IMG/VR virus record: IMGVR_UViG_3300028887_000067
Coordinates: 192,001-256,000 of that record
DNA from: a virus
Lineage: Duplodnaviria; Caudoviricetes
Direction: 5' to 3' (one strand)
Length of the DNA stretch: 64,000 bases
Shown: piece after piece, positions 38,046 to 48,357 of the stretch
How positions within the stretch are numbered: position 1 is the stretch's first letter
How the letters are laid out: each line of letters starts with the position of its first letter
Made by a program: the position numbers and the translations under genes
The notes under the pieces: generated by a model
What the model saw: only the letters and a program-made list of their open reading frames with translations
The model's database searches: none
What the model was told of the DNA's origin: nothing

Positions 38046-40682
38046 ATGCAGCTTAACGGATTGACTTCGAATGAAGTTACTCAGTCTCGTGCCAAATTCG
38101 GCACGAACCAGATTCCGGATACGGAACCGACCACCTTCTGGGCGGAGTTCAAGGAGTCCTTCAGCGACCCGATGATTCGTATCCTCCTCGCCATCGCAGG
38201 CCTTATGCTTGCCTTGTGGGTGGCTAAGTTCATCTTCCCCAACGCCGGCATCGAGCAGACCATCTACGAGCCGATCGGCACCATGGTGGCAGTCCTCCTC
38301 GTGGCGACGATTTCCGCGAAGACGGCGGTTTCGTCCGACGGCAAGTACCGCGACCTCAAGAACCGTACCGAAAAGGACAAGGCCAAGGTGATCCGCGACG
38401 GATCCACGCAGACCGTCGACTTTGACGACGTGGTTGTCGATGACATCGTCCACCTGCAGTCCGGCGACAAGATTCCCGCAGACGGCACCCTCATTCAGGG
38501 CGAACTTCGCGTCGACAACTCCGCGCTCAACGGTGAAGCCGAGGAATGTCACAAGGAAGCCGACGAGAACGGCGTAATTCCCGAAGAAATTACCGGCGAC
38601 ACGTTCGTCGACAAGTCTTCCCTCTTCCGTGGCGCCATCGTGTACGACGGCGACGGCTTCATGAAGGTCCAGAAAGTTGGCCTCAAGACTATGATGGGCA
38701 AGATGGCCGAGGAAATGTCCGGCGACGAACCGGATTCCCCACTCAAGACCAAGCTCGCCAAGCTCGCTAACCAGATTTCCGTTTTCGGCTACATTTCCGC
38801 AGCTCTTATCGTTATCCTCTACCTCGTTACCGGCATCCTCAGCGCGGGCGGCGTGGGCGAGTTCGTCGATATGGGATGGCAACACGTGCTCAACACCTTC
38901 ATCCGTGCAGCAGACCTCGCTATCCTTATCGTGGTATGCGCCGTGCCCGAAGGCCTGCCGTTGATGATTTCCCTCGTGTTGATGCAGAATACCTCCAAGC
39001 TTCTCGACCATAACGTCCTGGTGCGCAAGGCACAGGGCATTGAGACGGCCGGCGCGGTAAATATCCAGTTCTCCGACAAGACCGGAACCATTACCAAGGG
39101 CAACCTCGAGGTTGTCGAGCTCTTTGACGGCAAGGGAAATTCCACTGGGATGTCGGATAAGCTCATCAATTGCATCGCCCGCAACACCCAGTCCACTTTT
39201 GACCGCAAGGGCGCCGTCATCGGTGGCAATGCCACTGAACACGCACTTATGAATTATATCGGCATGGACAACTACCACGGATGCTCCGTCGGTGTTACCG
39301 CCATGCAGGGATTCAACTCCGCCAACAAGTTCTCCCAGGCCAAGCTCGCCGACGGCACCCTCGTGTACAAGGGAGCCCCCGAAAAGATTCTCGCCAAGTG
39401 TACCAAGTTCATGGACATGAACGGCAACATTGACGACGTCGACATGAATGCGATCAACGCCAAGATTGATGAAATGGCCAACAAGGCTATGCGCATGCTC
39501 GCTTTCGCGTACTGCGACGCCGAACTTGAAGAAAACGTCATCCACGACAACCTGACTCTCATCGCCGTCGCCGCCATCCGTGACGACGTCCGCCCTGAAG
39601 CCAAGGCTGCTATCGAGGCCATGCAGAACGCCGGAATCCAGGTCGTGATGATTACTGGTGACCGTCTCGAGACGGCCCGCGCAATCGCCAAGGACGCTGG
39701 ACTCGTCAAGAGCACCAAGGATATAGTCCTCTCTTCTTCCGACCTCGCCACGATGTCCGACGACGATGTCAAGAAGATTCTCAAGGATATCCGCGTTATC
39801 GCCCGTGCCCTCCCGACCGACAAGTCCCGCATGGTCCGCATTTCCCAGGAAATGGGCCTCGTCTGCGGTATGACGGGTGACGGCGTCAACGACTCTCCCG
39901 CACTGAAGCGTGCCGACGTCGGTTTCGCTATGGGTTCCGGTACGGAAGCCGCCAAGGAAGCGGGCGACCTGATCATCCTCGACGACAACTTCAACTCCAT
40001 CAAGGATGCAGTGTGGTTCGGTCGTACGATTTTTCACAACATCCTGAAGTTCGTCAAGTTCCAGCTTACCATTAACGTCGCCGCAGTCGGTGTGACCCTC
40101 CTCGCACCGCTCTTCGGTTGCGAACCTCCCCTTACCGTTGTCCACCTCCTTTTCGTTAACCTTGTGATGGACGGCCTCGGATCCATAATGCTCGGTTCCG
40201 AACCCGCTCTCCCGAAGTATATGACAGAGAAGCCGCGCAACCGCGAAGACTCCATCATCGACAAGTCCATGGTCGGCTCCGTAATTATTCCGGCTGTCTG
40301 GATTATCGCTCTCGGATTCGTGTTCCTCAAGGTTCCGTTCTTCACGACCCGTTTCGACTCCGTCCTCCAGATGAACACGGCATTCTTCGCGTTCTTTATC
40401 TGGAGCGCACTCTGGAACGGATTCAACGTGCGTTCCGACCGCTTCGCCATCTTCTCGCGTTTGGCTGAAAATCCGGGTTTCCTGAAGGTGCTCGTAATCA
40501 TCGCTTTTGTGCAGGCCTTGATCATCAATGTCGGCGTGCTCAATAACCCGGTGTGCCAGACGATTTCCAAGATGTTCAGCTGCATCCCGTTCGGCTTCAC
40601 CGAATGGTTGATTATCGCGGTGCTCTCGTTCACAATCATCCCAGTGGCATCCGTTGCCAAGCTGGCTCTCGCAAGGAAATAG
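38046..40682 (+). CDS. P-type (IIA/IIB-like) calcium-translocating ATPase
   Basis: GDKIPADG, LNGEA (TGES-like), VPEGLP, DKTGT phosphorylation site, KGAPE, MITGD, GDGVNDSPAL; about 10 TM helices. TTGACG-N17-TATAAT promoter upstream. Confidence 0.95.
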   Translation: MQLNGLTSNEVTQSRAKFGTNQIPDTEPTTFWAEFKESFSDPMIRILLAIAGLMLALWVAKFIFPNAGIEQTIYEPIGTMVAVLLVATISAKTAVSSDGKYRDLKNRTEKDKAKVIRDGSTQTVDFDDVVVDDIVHLQSGDKIPADGTLIQGELRVDNSALNGEAEECHKEADENGVIPEEITGDTFVDKSSLFRGAIVYDGDGFMKVQKVGLKTMMGKMAEEMSGDEPDSPLKTKLAKLANQISVFGYISAALIVILYLVTGILSAGGVGEFVDMGWQHVLNTFIRAADLAILIVVCAVPEGLPLMISLVLMQNTSKLLDHNVLVRKAQGIETAGAVNIQFSDKTGTITKGNLEVVELFDGKGNSTGMSDKLINCIARNTQSTFDRKGAVIGGNATEHALMNYIGMDNYHGCSVGVTAMQGFNSANKFSQAKLADGTLVYKGAPEKILAKCTKFMDMNGNIDDVDMNAINAKIDEMANKAMRMLAFAYCDAELEENVIHDNLTLIAVAAIRDDVRPEAKAAIEAMQNAGIQVVMITGDRLETARAIAKDAGLVKSTKDIVLSSSDLATMSDDDVKKILKDIRVIARALPTDKSRMVRISQEMGLVCGMTGDGVNDSPALKRADVGFAMGSGTEAAKEAGDLIILDDNFNSIKDAVWFGRTIFHNILKFVKFQLTINVAAVGVTLLAPLFGCEPPLTVVHLLFVNLVMDGLGSIMLGSEPALPKYMTEKPRNREDSIIDKSMVGSVIIPAVWIIALGFVFLKVPFFTTRFDSVLQMNTAFFAFFIWSALWNGFNVRSDRFAIFSRLAENPGFLKVLVIIAFVQALIINVGVLNNPVCQTISKMFSCIPFGFTEWLIIAVLSFTIIPVASVAKLALARK

Positions 40683-40685
40683 CAT

Positions 40686-41393
40686 ATGCTTTCACTCTCT
40701 AAGGGCGGTTCCCTCAACCTCTCCAAGGAATCCGACGGCCTCACCCATATCTTCCTCGGCATGGGTTGGGCTATCAAGGACAAGAATAGCAAGGAGACCT
40801 ACACCGAGGAAGTCCCGGTCAAGTCTATCGGCAACCTGTTCCGCTCGATTTTCGGCGGCTCGCTCGTCACCAAGACCGTCACCCGTACGCGCAGGGGCCC
40901 CACTTCCCCGTTCGAATACGACCTTGACGCGTCTTGCGCCCTCATCAACCTCGATGGCAGGTGCAATAACTCCGACCTGATCTACTTCAACCACAAGAAC
41001 CACTCGTCCGGAGCGGTCGCGCACGGTGGCGACAACCTCACCGGCAGTGACGGCAACAAAGACGACGAAGTCATCGATGTCCGTCTGGACAAGGTCCCGA
41101 ACAACATCAAGACCATCGTGTTCTTCATGAACATCTACCAGGCGTCCTCCCGCAAGCAGTCCTTCAAGGACCTCACCAAGGCATACATCCGTATTGTCAA
41201 TGCCGACGGGAACGCCGAGCTCTGCCGTTACGACCTTACCGACCTGAGCCCCAATGACACCGCTCTTATTCTCGGCAAGCTCGAACGCCAGAATTCCGAA
41301 TGGGTGTTCACGGCGGTCGGCGAGTCCCTTACGGCCGATTACCCGAGCGAGGTGGTCGGCAAGCTCAAGAAATTCATCAACAACAAGAGGTAA
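40686..41393 (+). CDS. terD: TerD/TerZ-family stress protein 1
   Basis: LSKG..LNL, GMGW, DLDAS, H.GDNLTG, DDE.I.V.L, NIY, W.FTAVG. Confidence 0.9.
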   Translation: MLSLSKGGSLNLSKESDGLTHIFLGMGWAIKDKNSKETYTEEVPVKSIGNLFRSIFGGSLVTKTVTRTRRGPTSPFEYDLDASCALINLDGRCNNSDLIYFNHKNHSSGAVAHGGDNLTGSDGNKDDEVIDVRLDKVPNNIKTIVFFMNIYQASSRKQSFKDLTKAYIRIVNADGNAELCRYDLTDLSPNDTALILGKLERQNSEWVFTAVGESLTADYPSEVVGKLKKFINNKR

Positions 41394-41399
41394 ATCATC

Positions 41400-41963
41400 A
41401 TGATCAATCTTACCAAAGGCGAAAACCACGCACTCGACAAAAACACTCAGACGGCCCTGATCGGTCTCGGTTGGGACATCAAGTCCGGCGCAGGCGACAA
41501 CTTCGACCTCGACGCTGCGGCTTTCCTCCTTGATGACAAGGGTCATCTCGCGAGTGACGGCGACTTCATCTTCTTCAACAACAAGAAGCACTCGTCCGGC
41601 GCGGTCGTGCATTCCGGTGACAACCTCACCGGCGAAGGCGACGGCGACGACGAGCAGATCAAGATCGACTTCAGCAAGATGCCGGCCAACATTGCCCGTA
41701 TTGCCATCGTGGTCAACATCTACCAGGCCGCCGCACGCCACCAGAACTTCGGCCAGGTCAACAACGCCTTCGTGCGTCTCGTCGACACTACCGGCGGAAA
41801 GAACTCCGAAGAGTTCCGCTTCGACCTCACCGAGGACTACTCCGGATTCACCGCAATCCGCGTGGCCGACATCTATCGCCACAATGACGAATGGAAGATG
41901 AAGGCCGTGGGCGAGGGTTCCAACAACGACCTCGGCGCGTACGCCACTTCGTTCAAGGGGTAA
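41400..41963 (+). CDS. terD: TerD-family stress protein 2
   Basis: GLGWD, FDLDA, FIFFNN, HSGDNLTGEGDGDDEQI, QNFGQV.NAFVR. Confidence 0.95.
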   Translation: MINLTKGENHALDKNTQTALIGLGWDIKSGAGDNFDLDAAAFLLDDKGHLASDGDFIFFNNKKHSSGAVVHSGDNLTGEGDGDDEQIKIDFSKMPANIARIAIVVNIYQAAARHQNFGQVNNAFVRLVDTTGGKNSEEFRFDLTEDYSGFTAIRVADIYRHNDEWKMKAVGEGSNNDLGAYATSFKG

Positions 41964-41969
41964 TTGTCA

Positions 41970-42584
41970 ATGGCACTTACTCTCTCCAAAGGCAACGTGA
42001 TTTCCTTGAAAAAGGGAGTCAAGTATGCCAAGATTGGCCTCGGTTGGCAGTGCGGTACGCAGAACATCGACCTTGACGCGTCGGCGTTTCTTCTCGGTTC
42101 CAACGGGAAGTGCGCTTCCGACGACGATGTCGTGTTCTACGGTATGCAAAGCGACGACAAGGTCCACGTATCCGGCGCAGTGAAGTACGGCGGTGACAGC
42201 CTCTCCGGCGGCGACGGCGACGAGGACGACGAGACGCTCTTCTTCGATTTCGAGAAGATGCCCAGGCGCGTCACCGAGGTCGACATCACGGTTACCATCC
42301 ACCGTTGGAAGACCCGTAACCAGACGTTCGGAATGGTCAAAAAGGCTTACTGCCGCCTTATTGCCACCGACGCGAACGGCAACCCAGACGGCTCCGGAGA
42401 CGAGCTCCGCTTTAACCTCCCTGATGACTACCCGAAAGATACCGCAATCCTCGTGGCCAAGCTCATCAAGGACGACGCCAGCAGGACGTGGTCGTTCAAG
42501 GCGGTCGGCGACGGCTACCAGAACGCCGGCCTCGGCAAGCTCGTCCGCGACCGCGGCCTCGTTTGCGACGACGGAGACCAGTAA
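41970..42584 (+). CDS. terD: TerD-family stress protein 3
   Basis: GLGW, DLDASAFLL, GD...G.GDEDDE, QTFGMV..AY.R, WSFKAVG.GY. Confidence 0.9.
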   Translation: MALTLSKGNVISLKKGVKYAKIGLGWQCGTQNIDLDASAFLLGSNGKCASDDDVVFYGMQSDDKVHVSGAVKYGGDSLSGGDGDEDDETLFFDFEKMPRRVTEVDITVTIHRWKTRNQTFGMVKKAYCRLIATDANGNPDGSGDELRFNLPDDYPKDTAILVAKLIKDDASRTWSFKAVGDGYQNAGLGKLVRDRGLVCDDGDQ

Positions 42585-43030
42585 TGGGCGAAGCTTACGA
42601 TATGGAAAACAGAACGCCGTCGAACCGGAATGGCCGTAACAAGGCCATCCTGTTTGCCTGCCTGCTTGCCTATATCGCGTTGGTCGCGCCGTCCGTCTAC
42701 GGTATGGCCCGGTTCTTCACCGGTATGGCAACCGGAGGCTCCTGTACAGCCGACGTAGCCATCGTGCAGCCGGACGGCACGTATATCCAGTCTGCCGTGA
42801 TATCGCTCAATGGTGACGGCGTTGTCGTGAAGGACATGTCGTGCGCCAAGTTCAACGAGCGTTACTCGGAAGAACGTCCGCTTAACCTATTTCGCTACGC
42901 GCATCCGTACTTCGCGCTATACTCTTTGCTGGTATGCGCGGGGACGCTGGTGGCCTTAGTGTCCTGGCCACTGGCGTCTTTCGGCGGATTCTTGTCCCGT
43001 AGGTTGGTCAAGCGTAAACAGAATTGCTAG
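42584..43030 (+). CDS. Two-TM membrane protein
   Basis: TAATG overlap with terD 3; two hydrophobic segments. Confidence 0.65.
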   Translation: MGEAYDMENRTPSNRNGRNKAILFACLLAYIALVAPSVYGMARFFTGMATGGSCTADVAIVQPDGTYIQSAVISLNGDGVVVKDMSCAKFNERYSEERPLNLFRYAHPYFALYSLLVCAGTLVALVSWPLASFGGFLSRRLVKRKQNC

Positions 43031-43048
43031 TAGTCCATATAGCAAGCC

Positions 43049-43080
43049 AAAGCGCCTCGCCGGTAACGGCGGGGCGTTTT
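43049..43080 (+). terminator. Intrinsic terminator
   Basis: AAAGCGCCTCGCCG-GTAA-CGGCGGGGCGTTTT. Confidence 0.8.
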
Positions 43081-43084
43081 GCTA

Positions 43085-43113
43085 TTGACAATTCACTGTA
43101 TATTTGTTATATT
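43085..43113 (+). promoter_or_regulatory. Near-consensus sigma70 promoter TTGACA-N17-TATATT; leaderless start at 43120
   Basis: Exact -35, TG extension, 6 nt to ATG, no SD. Confidence 0.85.
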
Positions 43114-43119
43114 TACGGT

Positions 43120-43668
43120 ATGGAAAATGTACCCGATTCTACGCCGGAGACAACGAAGCACATCGATGCCGTCTTCGAACGCCTCCTGAATTTCGCAACG
43201 AAGATTATCAGGCGCGGCCACTTGCACGACCGTACCAAGCTCCTCCCGCCGGAAAAACCTGGTTTCGACAAGTACACGCCTGACCTCGCGAAGCTGAAAT
43301 ACGGAACCAAGGCGTACGAGGAAAACAAGGTCAGGATGGCCCCGTTCCTCGGCCACCACTACAGGAACAATTCGCACCATCCGGAACACTTTAAAAAATT
43401 CCACGACGGGATGACTCTATACGACCTTGTCGAGTACTATGCCGACATATCGGCGTCGGTATCACGCGGGAAGGACGGGAATATTTTCAAGTCGCTCAGA
43501 ATCCACAAGAAGAAATACAAAATGTCAGACCAGCTCTATAACATACTGAAGAACACGGCCAAGCTGGACTTCCGCAGGGAGCCGGCGCCCGGCGTCGAGG
43601 GATATGCCACCGAGGACCTAGCCAAGTCCGCGAGCACGGTCGATGAGATCGTGAAAGAAGCTCCATGA
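43120..43668 (+). CDS. DUF5662-family (HD-like) protein
   Basis: 'HDRTKL', 'HHYRNNSHHPEHF', 'M.L.DLVE...D'. Confidence 0.8.
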   Translation: MENVPDSTPETTKHIDAVFERLLNFATKIIRRGHLHDRTKLLPPEKPGFDKYTPDLAKLKYGTKAYEENKVRMAPFLGHHYRNNSHHPEHFKKFHDGMTLYDLVEYYADISASVSRGKDGNIFKSLRIHKKKYKMSDQLYNILKNTAKLDFRREPAPGVEGYATEDLAKSASTVDEIVKEAP

Positions 43669-44573
43669 GGACGCTCCTTGCTATCCCGTCGAAGGGACAG
43701 GTGAAGTACCTGCCCCGCATGCTTGCCGACCTCTGCGCGATGTCGGTAAAGCCCGATCGTGTCCTCTACATGTTGGACAGGCCGCCCGCATCGGATATCG
43801 TGGAATGCAGGAAGCTGCTTTCCGGAAATGCGTCCGTCGAGCTTGTCATCGTCAACAAGATGCCTGATCGCATCGGGCATCCCCAGATGGTCTACGGGGA
43901 ATCCCAGTTCCTCGCCGGACACGTCAGGGAACTAGCCATCAACTACATGCTGGATAACGGATACGACGCCGTGGTGTTCACCGACGGCGACTGCCTACCC
44001 GAGCCGGATCTCGTCAAGGAGCACGTCGCGGCGCTGGACTGCGGTTCGCCCGCCGTGTCGGTGGGACAGCGCAAGGAGTTCATCCATGACTGGGCTGACC
44101 AAAGACTAAGGCCGGATAGCCAGATATCCGTGTTCTTCGATCGGGCGACTCCCGTAGAGAAGGAATGCTACTTCGTCGATTCCGGCGTGGTATGGACGTG
44201 CAACTTCGGCATGAACAGGGAAGCCGTCCTGAAGTTGCGCGGTATCAACAATACCCTCTACGGAAGGGAGGAGACGTTCCTGAGCGACTTCCACGGGACG
44301 TGGGGAGGCGAGGACGGCTTTATCGGCATGGAGTGCTTCTACACGGCGATACCGGTCATTGCGCTCCCACTGGGGCCCAGCGGGGTCAAGCACCAGTTCC
44401 ATACGAGGGAATCCGACAAGTACCAGCACGACTCGTTCATAGACTATCTCGAATCGCACAGGGAACAGCTCCTGTACCTTCTCGACAGGTATGGCCTGAA
44501 CGTACGCGGGATCGGCTTCCTCCCGCGTGAGGACATACTGAAGCGCGACGGGATTTTCGAAACCGAGCCCTGA
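43665..44573 (+). CDS. Glycosyltransferase family 2-like
   Basis: 'R..AI', FTDGD (DxD), 'WTCNFG', 'F.GTWGGED'. Confidence 0.8.
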   Translation: MRTLLAIPSKGQVKYLPRMLADLCAMSVKPDRVLYMLDRPPASDIVECRKLLSGNASVELVIVNKMPDRIGHPQMVYGESQFLAGHVRELAINYMLDNGYDAVVFTDGDCLPEPDLVKEHVAALDCGSPAVSVGQRKEFIHDWADQRLRPDSQISVFFDRATPVEKECYFVDSGVVWTCNFGMNREAVLKLRGINNTLYGREETFLSDFHGTWGGEDGFIGMECFYTAIPVIALPLGPSGVKHQFHTRESDKYQHDSFIDYLESHREQLLYLLDRYGLNVRGIGFLPREDILKRDGIFETEP

Positions 44574-44605
44574 CTAAATTTTCATTCACTTAAAGCGAGG
44601 AATAA

Positions 44606-45289
44606 ATGAAAACCGTAACAGAATATGCAATCAATCAGAAAGTGTCCATAAAGGAAACTGACATCGCAGAACTGTATGGCCTTTCCATTAAGGTCACTGG
44701 GTTCATGTACCATAAACCCGAATGTACTTTGAAATACAGTCGTAAACTCATTGATGGCGTAAGCGGTTGTGGTTGGCTTAACGGCCTCAATGATTATGGA
44801 AAGCCTGAAAAGACTATCACGTTATTCCTCAAGGAAGAGGGCAGGCCATCCAAGAACCTGGCTCTAAACTTGAAGGCGGAACCGATCAACCCCGAGTTCG
44901 TTAAGATCTTTGAACAGGATATTGCCGCACTTGAACAGAACAATGTAACCGGTTTCTTCTACAACTATCTTATTTGCAATGGCGGAGCCAACTACAAGGA
45001 AATGTCCATTAAGGACGCGGAAGCTATGATGGTTCTCGATGAGAATGGGAATTATAAAGGTTTCACGCTGTCGAATCTGACTAATTTTAGCAGCATCATT
45101 CTTACTGCCGCCGCCATCAACCAGGCTAGAGAACGCTATGAAAAGGATACCAGCAAGGAAAAGGTTACGCTCGAAAAAATCGAATCTTATCAGGAAGTCG
45201 AGAAGGGTTATGATGTGTTCTATGGTGGCCTGATTTTCGGTAAGGATATTAAGAGCCATGAATATGGTTATAAGTCAGAAGGGTGGTGA
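44606..45289 (+). CDS. Hypothetical protein (lower GC)
   Basis: GAGGA RBS; 227-aa ORF. Confidence 0.65.
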   Translation: MKTVTEYAINQKVSIKETDIAELYGLSIKVTGFMYHKPECTLKYSRKLIDGVSGCGWLNGLNDYGKPEKTITLFLKEEGRPSKNLALNLKAEPINPEFVKIFEQDIAALEQNNVTGFFYNYLICNGGANYKEMSIKDAEAMMVLDENGNYKGFTLSNLTNFSSIILTAAAINQARERYEKDTSKEKVTLEKIESYQEVEKGYDVFYGGLIFGKDIKSHEYGYKSEGW

Positions 45290-45370
45290 TAATGGCTGTC
45301 CGTCTGGCGACATTCATACTGTACCAAGAGGCGTAATATATAAACTGCGGTTAGTAATAAGGAATTTCTT

Positions 45371-47704
45371 ATGCCGACCAACAAGCAGGTGCTATATCGA
45401 GTTATCCATCAGATCCTAGGCCTGCCCGAGTGCGACGCGGGCGATATCAAGGTGGATATGAACGACATCTCGCTTTCCGACCGAGGATTCGTCGTAAAGT
45501 TCCGTACACCCGACTCGACCTCTCCCCTGTTCGTTATGAAGTCCAATATGGTCAACACGGAAATCGTGTTCCGTGACGAGAACGTCAGGCGACGTATCGA
45601 TGTTACCGACACGGGAATATCCGACGTTGACCTCGGCTGGGTCAAGAAGGCGATCGCCTACTACGTGCGCACGGTGCGCGAAATCGCGACCCGCGTCATG
45701 ACGGCCGAGGGCGCGATGCAGTCGGAGCGTGGCGAACCTTATTTCGAACAGTTCCCGAAGGCTTCCCCGAGACAACTGCTCGACCAGTCGTACCCGAGTC
45801 CGGAGCTCGTTGACGCGGTGAAGAACTATCTGACCGTGATGGGCGCCTACGACGAGGAAGCCGCCGAGGGAATCCTGACGGACAACAGGGTAGCGCTATC
45901 CAGACTCGTCGCCTCCGGGGTGTCTCCGGCCGACGCGGTCAAGTACGTGTTCAACTCGCCGACGCAAATCGCCAACATCGATCCCGACGACATCGTGGTT
46001 TCCGACAGGAAGACCGGTGAATCGGTCACTCTCGGGCGCAGCTCGGGAAGCCGGCTCTCCACCCTTCTCGACGCCCCGCTCAACGAGAATACGTCGTGCT
46101 CTGTCGACATTGGCTACCTGCAGGGCGGCGAGCGTCCGGCGATGTTCTACCGTCTCACCATAGACGGCGGCAAGCTGGCTCTCACGCGCTACACGAACCC
46201 CGACGAAGGCGGTAAGGTCAATACCAGCTCGGTCAAGTCTACTACCGCCCTGGGTGATCTCGATTCGCTGAACGAGTGGATCGATTCCACCATCCAGTCC
46301 CTCTACGAGGTCGACTACGACATCGACAACAAGCCGAAGGGCAACCTCGTCGTGTATTTCGGTGAGAACCCGCCGGAAAAATATCCGGACGACGTGGCCG
46401 CGACCATGGCGGCCTACAGGAAGGCGGGACACCGGGTCGAGATGTCGGCGAACGCCGGTAGCACGAACCTTGTCAGCGATGTCCCGGTCGAGTTCAAGGT
46501 GGCCGACACGGCGGACGACAGTACCGACCACGCCGTCGTATACCTGCTTGGCAGTACCAAGCTTCCCGTCATATCCATCCCGGTCGACGGCGACACGTCC
46601 CACGCGGGAGAAGGTTTCATCGTTGTTGACGACGGCGCCGGTACGGAGATGAAGTATATGACCCGCGTCGGTCGCAAGACGGCATACGCTTCGGAATCAT
46701 TCAACACGGTTGCAGGTGCGGTTAGCTTCGCCCGCAAGCTAGTCCCTGCATACAAGCTCGTGACCGATTTTGACAAGGGAGTACGAGGCCTCGTCAGGCT
46801 TCTCATCAATTCCGGCGCGAAGGACGTGGAAGGCGCAAACATATCCCATATCGACCCGTCGAACTACTACACCGATTCGAAAATAGACAAGGTCGGCGAC
46901 AACGTGAAGGTCGTCATGACCCTGTTCTCGACGATTTCCGACAAGACGATGGTGTTCGACGCGATCGTTTCCGACGTCGAAGGCGGGGTGAAGGTCGACT
47001 TCATGTACAGACCCGCCGCGGCAAGTACGCCGGTAGAGGTCAAGCTTGGCGACGAAAGCGTTGCCCAGGCGCTTACCGACCCGTCCAACGGCAGCTTCAA
47101 CGACATAATCAAGACCATGATACCCGTGCTGGCGTCTTCTATGTACGGCAACAAGCCTACCCAGAGCGAAATCGCCAAGAACACGGCCCAGGCCGAGCTG
47201 GAGCGCCGCCGTCGCAACAGTCTCGTCGCTGAACCCGAAGTGGACAAGTCCGACGCCATCGCCAAGATTGGCGCCTGCCGCACGGCGTTCGACAACACGT
47301 TCGGCCCGATGGTCGAGCAGCTCCGTGACAAGTCCGGCGAGGGAGCGTACGCCGACGTTACCTACAAGCTCAGCCAGAACTACGTGTCGCGAAACGATGA
47401 CGGAAACATAGTGTCCGTGTCGTTCAACGTGGACAACGGCGAGAGCGGAAACTTCTTCACGATGCAGAAAGCCGACGAGGCCGGAAAGCGTCTTGACGAG
47501 AGCGTCGTTGTATGCCAGGTCGAGGGCAACGCGAACAGCTACGTCTCTTACGAGAACGGAAGGCTGTCTCCGAAGTTCGTCGAGTGGTTCCTGTCCAAAC
47601 CGGGCAAGCTGCAGAGCGCTATAGCAAGGGCGAGACGGCACGCTGAGGAGCCGCCCGCAGAACCGGACACTTCCCTGATATACAGGGACGGCCCAGAGGA
47701 CTAG
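45371..47704 (+). CDS. Large hypothetical protein, probably virion-associated
   Basis: 777-aa ORF; TATAAACTGC at 45339 and AAGGA RBS. Confidence 0.75.
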   Translation: MPTNKQVLYRVIHQILGLPECDAGDIKVDMNDISLSDRGFVVKFRTPDSTSPLFVMKSNMVNTEIVFRDENVRRRIDVTDTGISDVDLGWVKKAIAYYVRTVREIATRVMTAEGAMQSERGEPYFEQFPKASPRQLLDQSYPSPELVDAVKNYLTVMGAYDEEAAEGILTDNRVALSRLVASGVSPADAVKYVFNSPTQIANIDPDDIVVSDRKTGESVTLGRSSGSRLSTLLDAPLNENTSCSVDIGYLQGGERPAMFYRLTIDGGKLALTRYTNPDEGGKVNTSSVKSTTALGDLDSLNEWIDSTIQSLYEVDYDIDNKPKGNLVVYFGENPPEKYPDDVAATMAAYRKAGHRVEMSANAGSTNLVSDVPVEFKVADTADDSTDHAVVYLLGSTKLPVISIPVDGDTSHAGEGFIVVDDGAGTEMKYMTRVGRKTAYASESFNTVAGAVSFARKLVPAYKLVTDFDKGVRGLVRLLINSGAKDVEGANISHIDPSNYYTDSKIDKVGDNVKVVMTLFSTISDKTMVFDAIVSDVEGGVKVDFMYRPAAASTPVEVKLGDESVAQALTDPSNGSFNDIIKTMIPVLASSMYGNKPTQSEIAKNTAQAELERRRRNSLVAEPEVDKSDAIAKIGACRTAFDNTFGPMVEQLRDKSGEGAYADVTYKLSQNYVSRNDDGNIVSVSFNVDNGESGNFFTMQKADEAGKRLDESVVVCQVEGNANSYVSYENGRLSPKFVEWFLSKPGKLQSAIARARRHAEEPPAEPDTSLIYRDGPED

Positions 47705-47708
47705 GATT

Positions 47709-47740
47709 AAAAAAAAAGGCACCGCAGTAGCGGTGCCGTT
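47709..47740. terminator. Terminator between convergent genes
   Basis: A-run, then GGCACCGC-AGTA-GCGGTGCC-GTT. Confidence 0.75.
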
Positions 47741-47757
47741 CTCGTCTTCAGAAATGG

Positions 47758-48357
47758 TTACCACGCGAACGTCTTCTTCAGCGAGTCGGCGGTACGGCCT
47801 TGCCGCTTAACCCATTCGTGGTCGTGTTGCATCTTTTCCCCGTTCTCTTTCTTTTTCTTTTCGCCTTCGGGTTCATCCGGATCCGGCGCGAGGTCGCCCC
47901 ACACCATGTCGTCGTCATCGACATCGGGTTCGTTTTCTTCGACTTGCTCGCCTTTCAGGCTACGTACGTGCTTGTTGATGGCGGCTACTATGTAGCGGTA
48001 AATCTTGTTCCTTGTCTCGTCGTCGGCGGATTCGAAGTCGGCGATGAGAGGCATGTAGTACGACGTCGCGATGTCGCGTACTTCTTCCTGCGTGATGTGG
48101 GGAGTGTCGCAGTCCGCCGGAATGCTGTTGGCGTATTCTTCGGTAAATTTCTTCACAGCCGCGTTGTATATGTCGTTTGGCGTCTGCGCCTGTTGCTGTA
48201 CGGGCTCCTGGTCATTCTCCGACTGCTGTGCCGTAGCCGGTTGAGCCTGCTGGGCCTGCGTAGCGTCCTCGAATATGGAATTGGGGTTATGTTCGCCGGT
48301 ACGCTCGAAAATGCGACCGAATGCGTCAAGCATGTTGCACCCAATGTGTTCAATCAT
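47758..48357 (-). CDS. Acidic hypothetical protein, late-promoter driven
   Basis: TATAAACTAC at 48382-48391; IFER and IFED motifs; Q/A-rich linker. Confidence 0.65.
   Translation of the reverse strand: MIEHIGCNMLDAFGRIFERTGEHNPNSIFEDATQAQQAQPATAQQSENDQEPVQQQAQTPNDIYNAAVKKFTEEYANSIPADCDTPHITQEEVRDIATSYYMPLIADFESADDETRNKIYRYIVAAINKHVRSLKGEQVEENEPDVDDDDMVWGDLAPDPDEPEGEKKKKENGEKMQHDHEWVKRQGRTADSLKKTFAW

Noticed and set aside
37998-40685. 895-aa minus-strand ORF opposite the P-type ATPase (also 10996-12693, 30120-31490, 40692-41882 and similar)
   Set aside because: Antisense shadows of strongly codon-biased GC-rich genes; no motifs or RBS.
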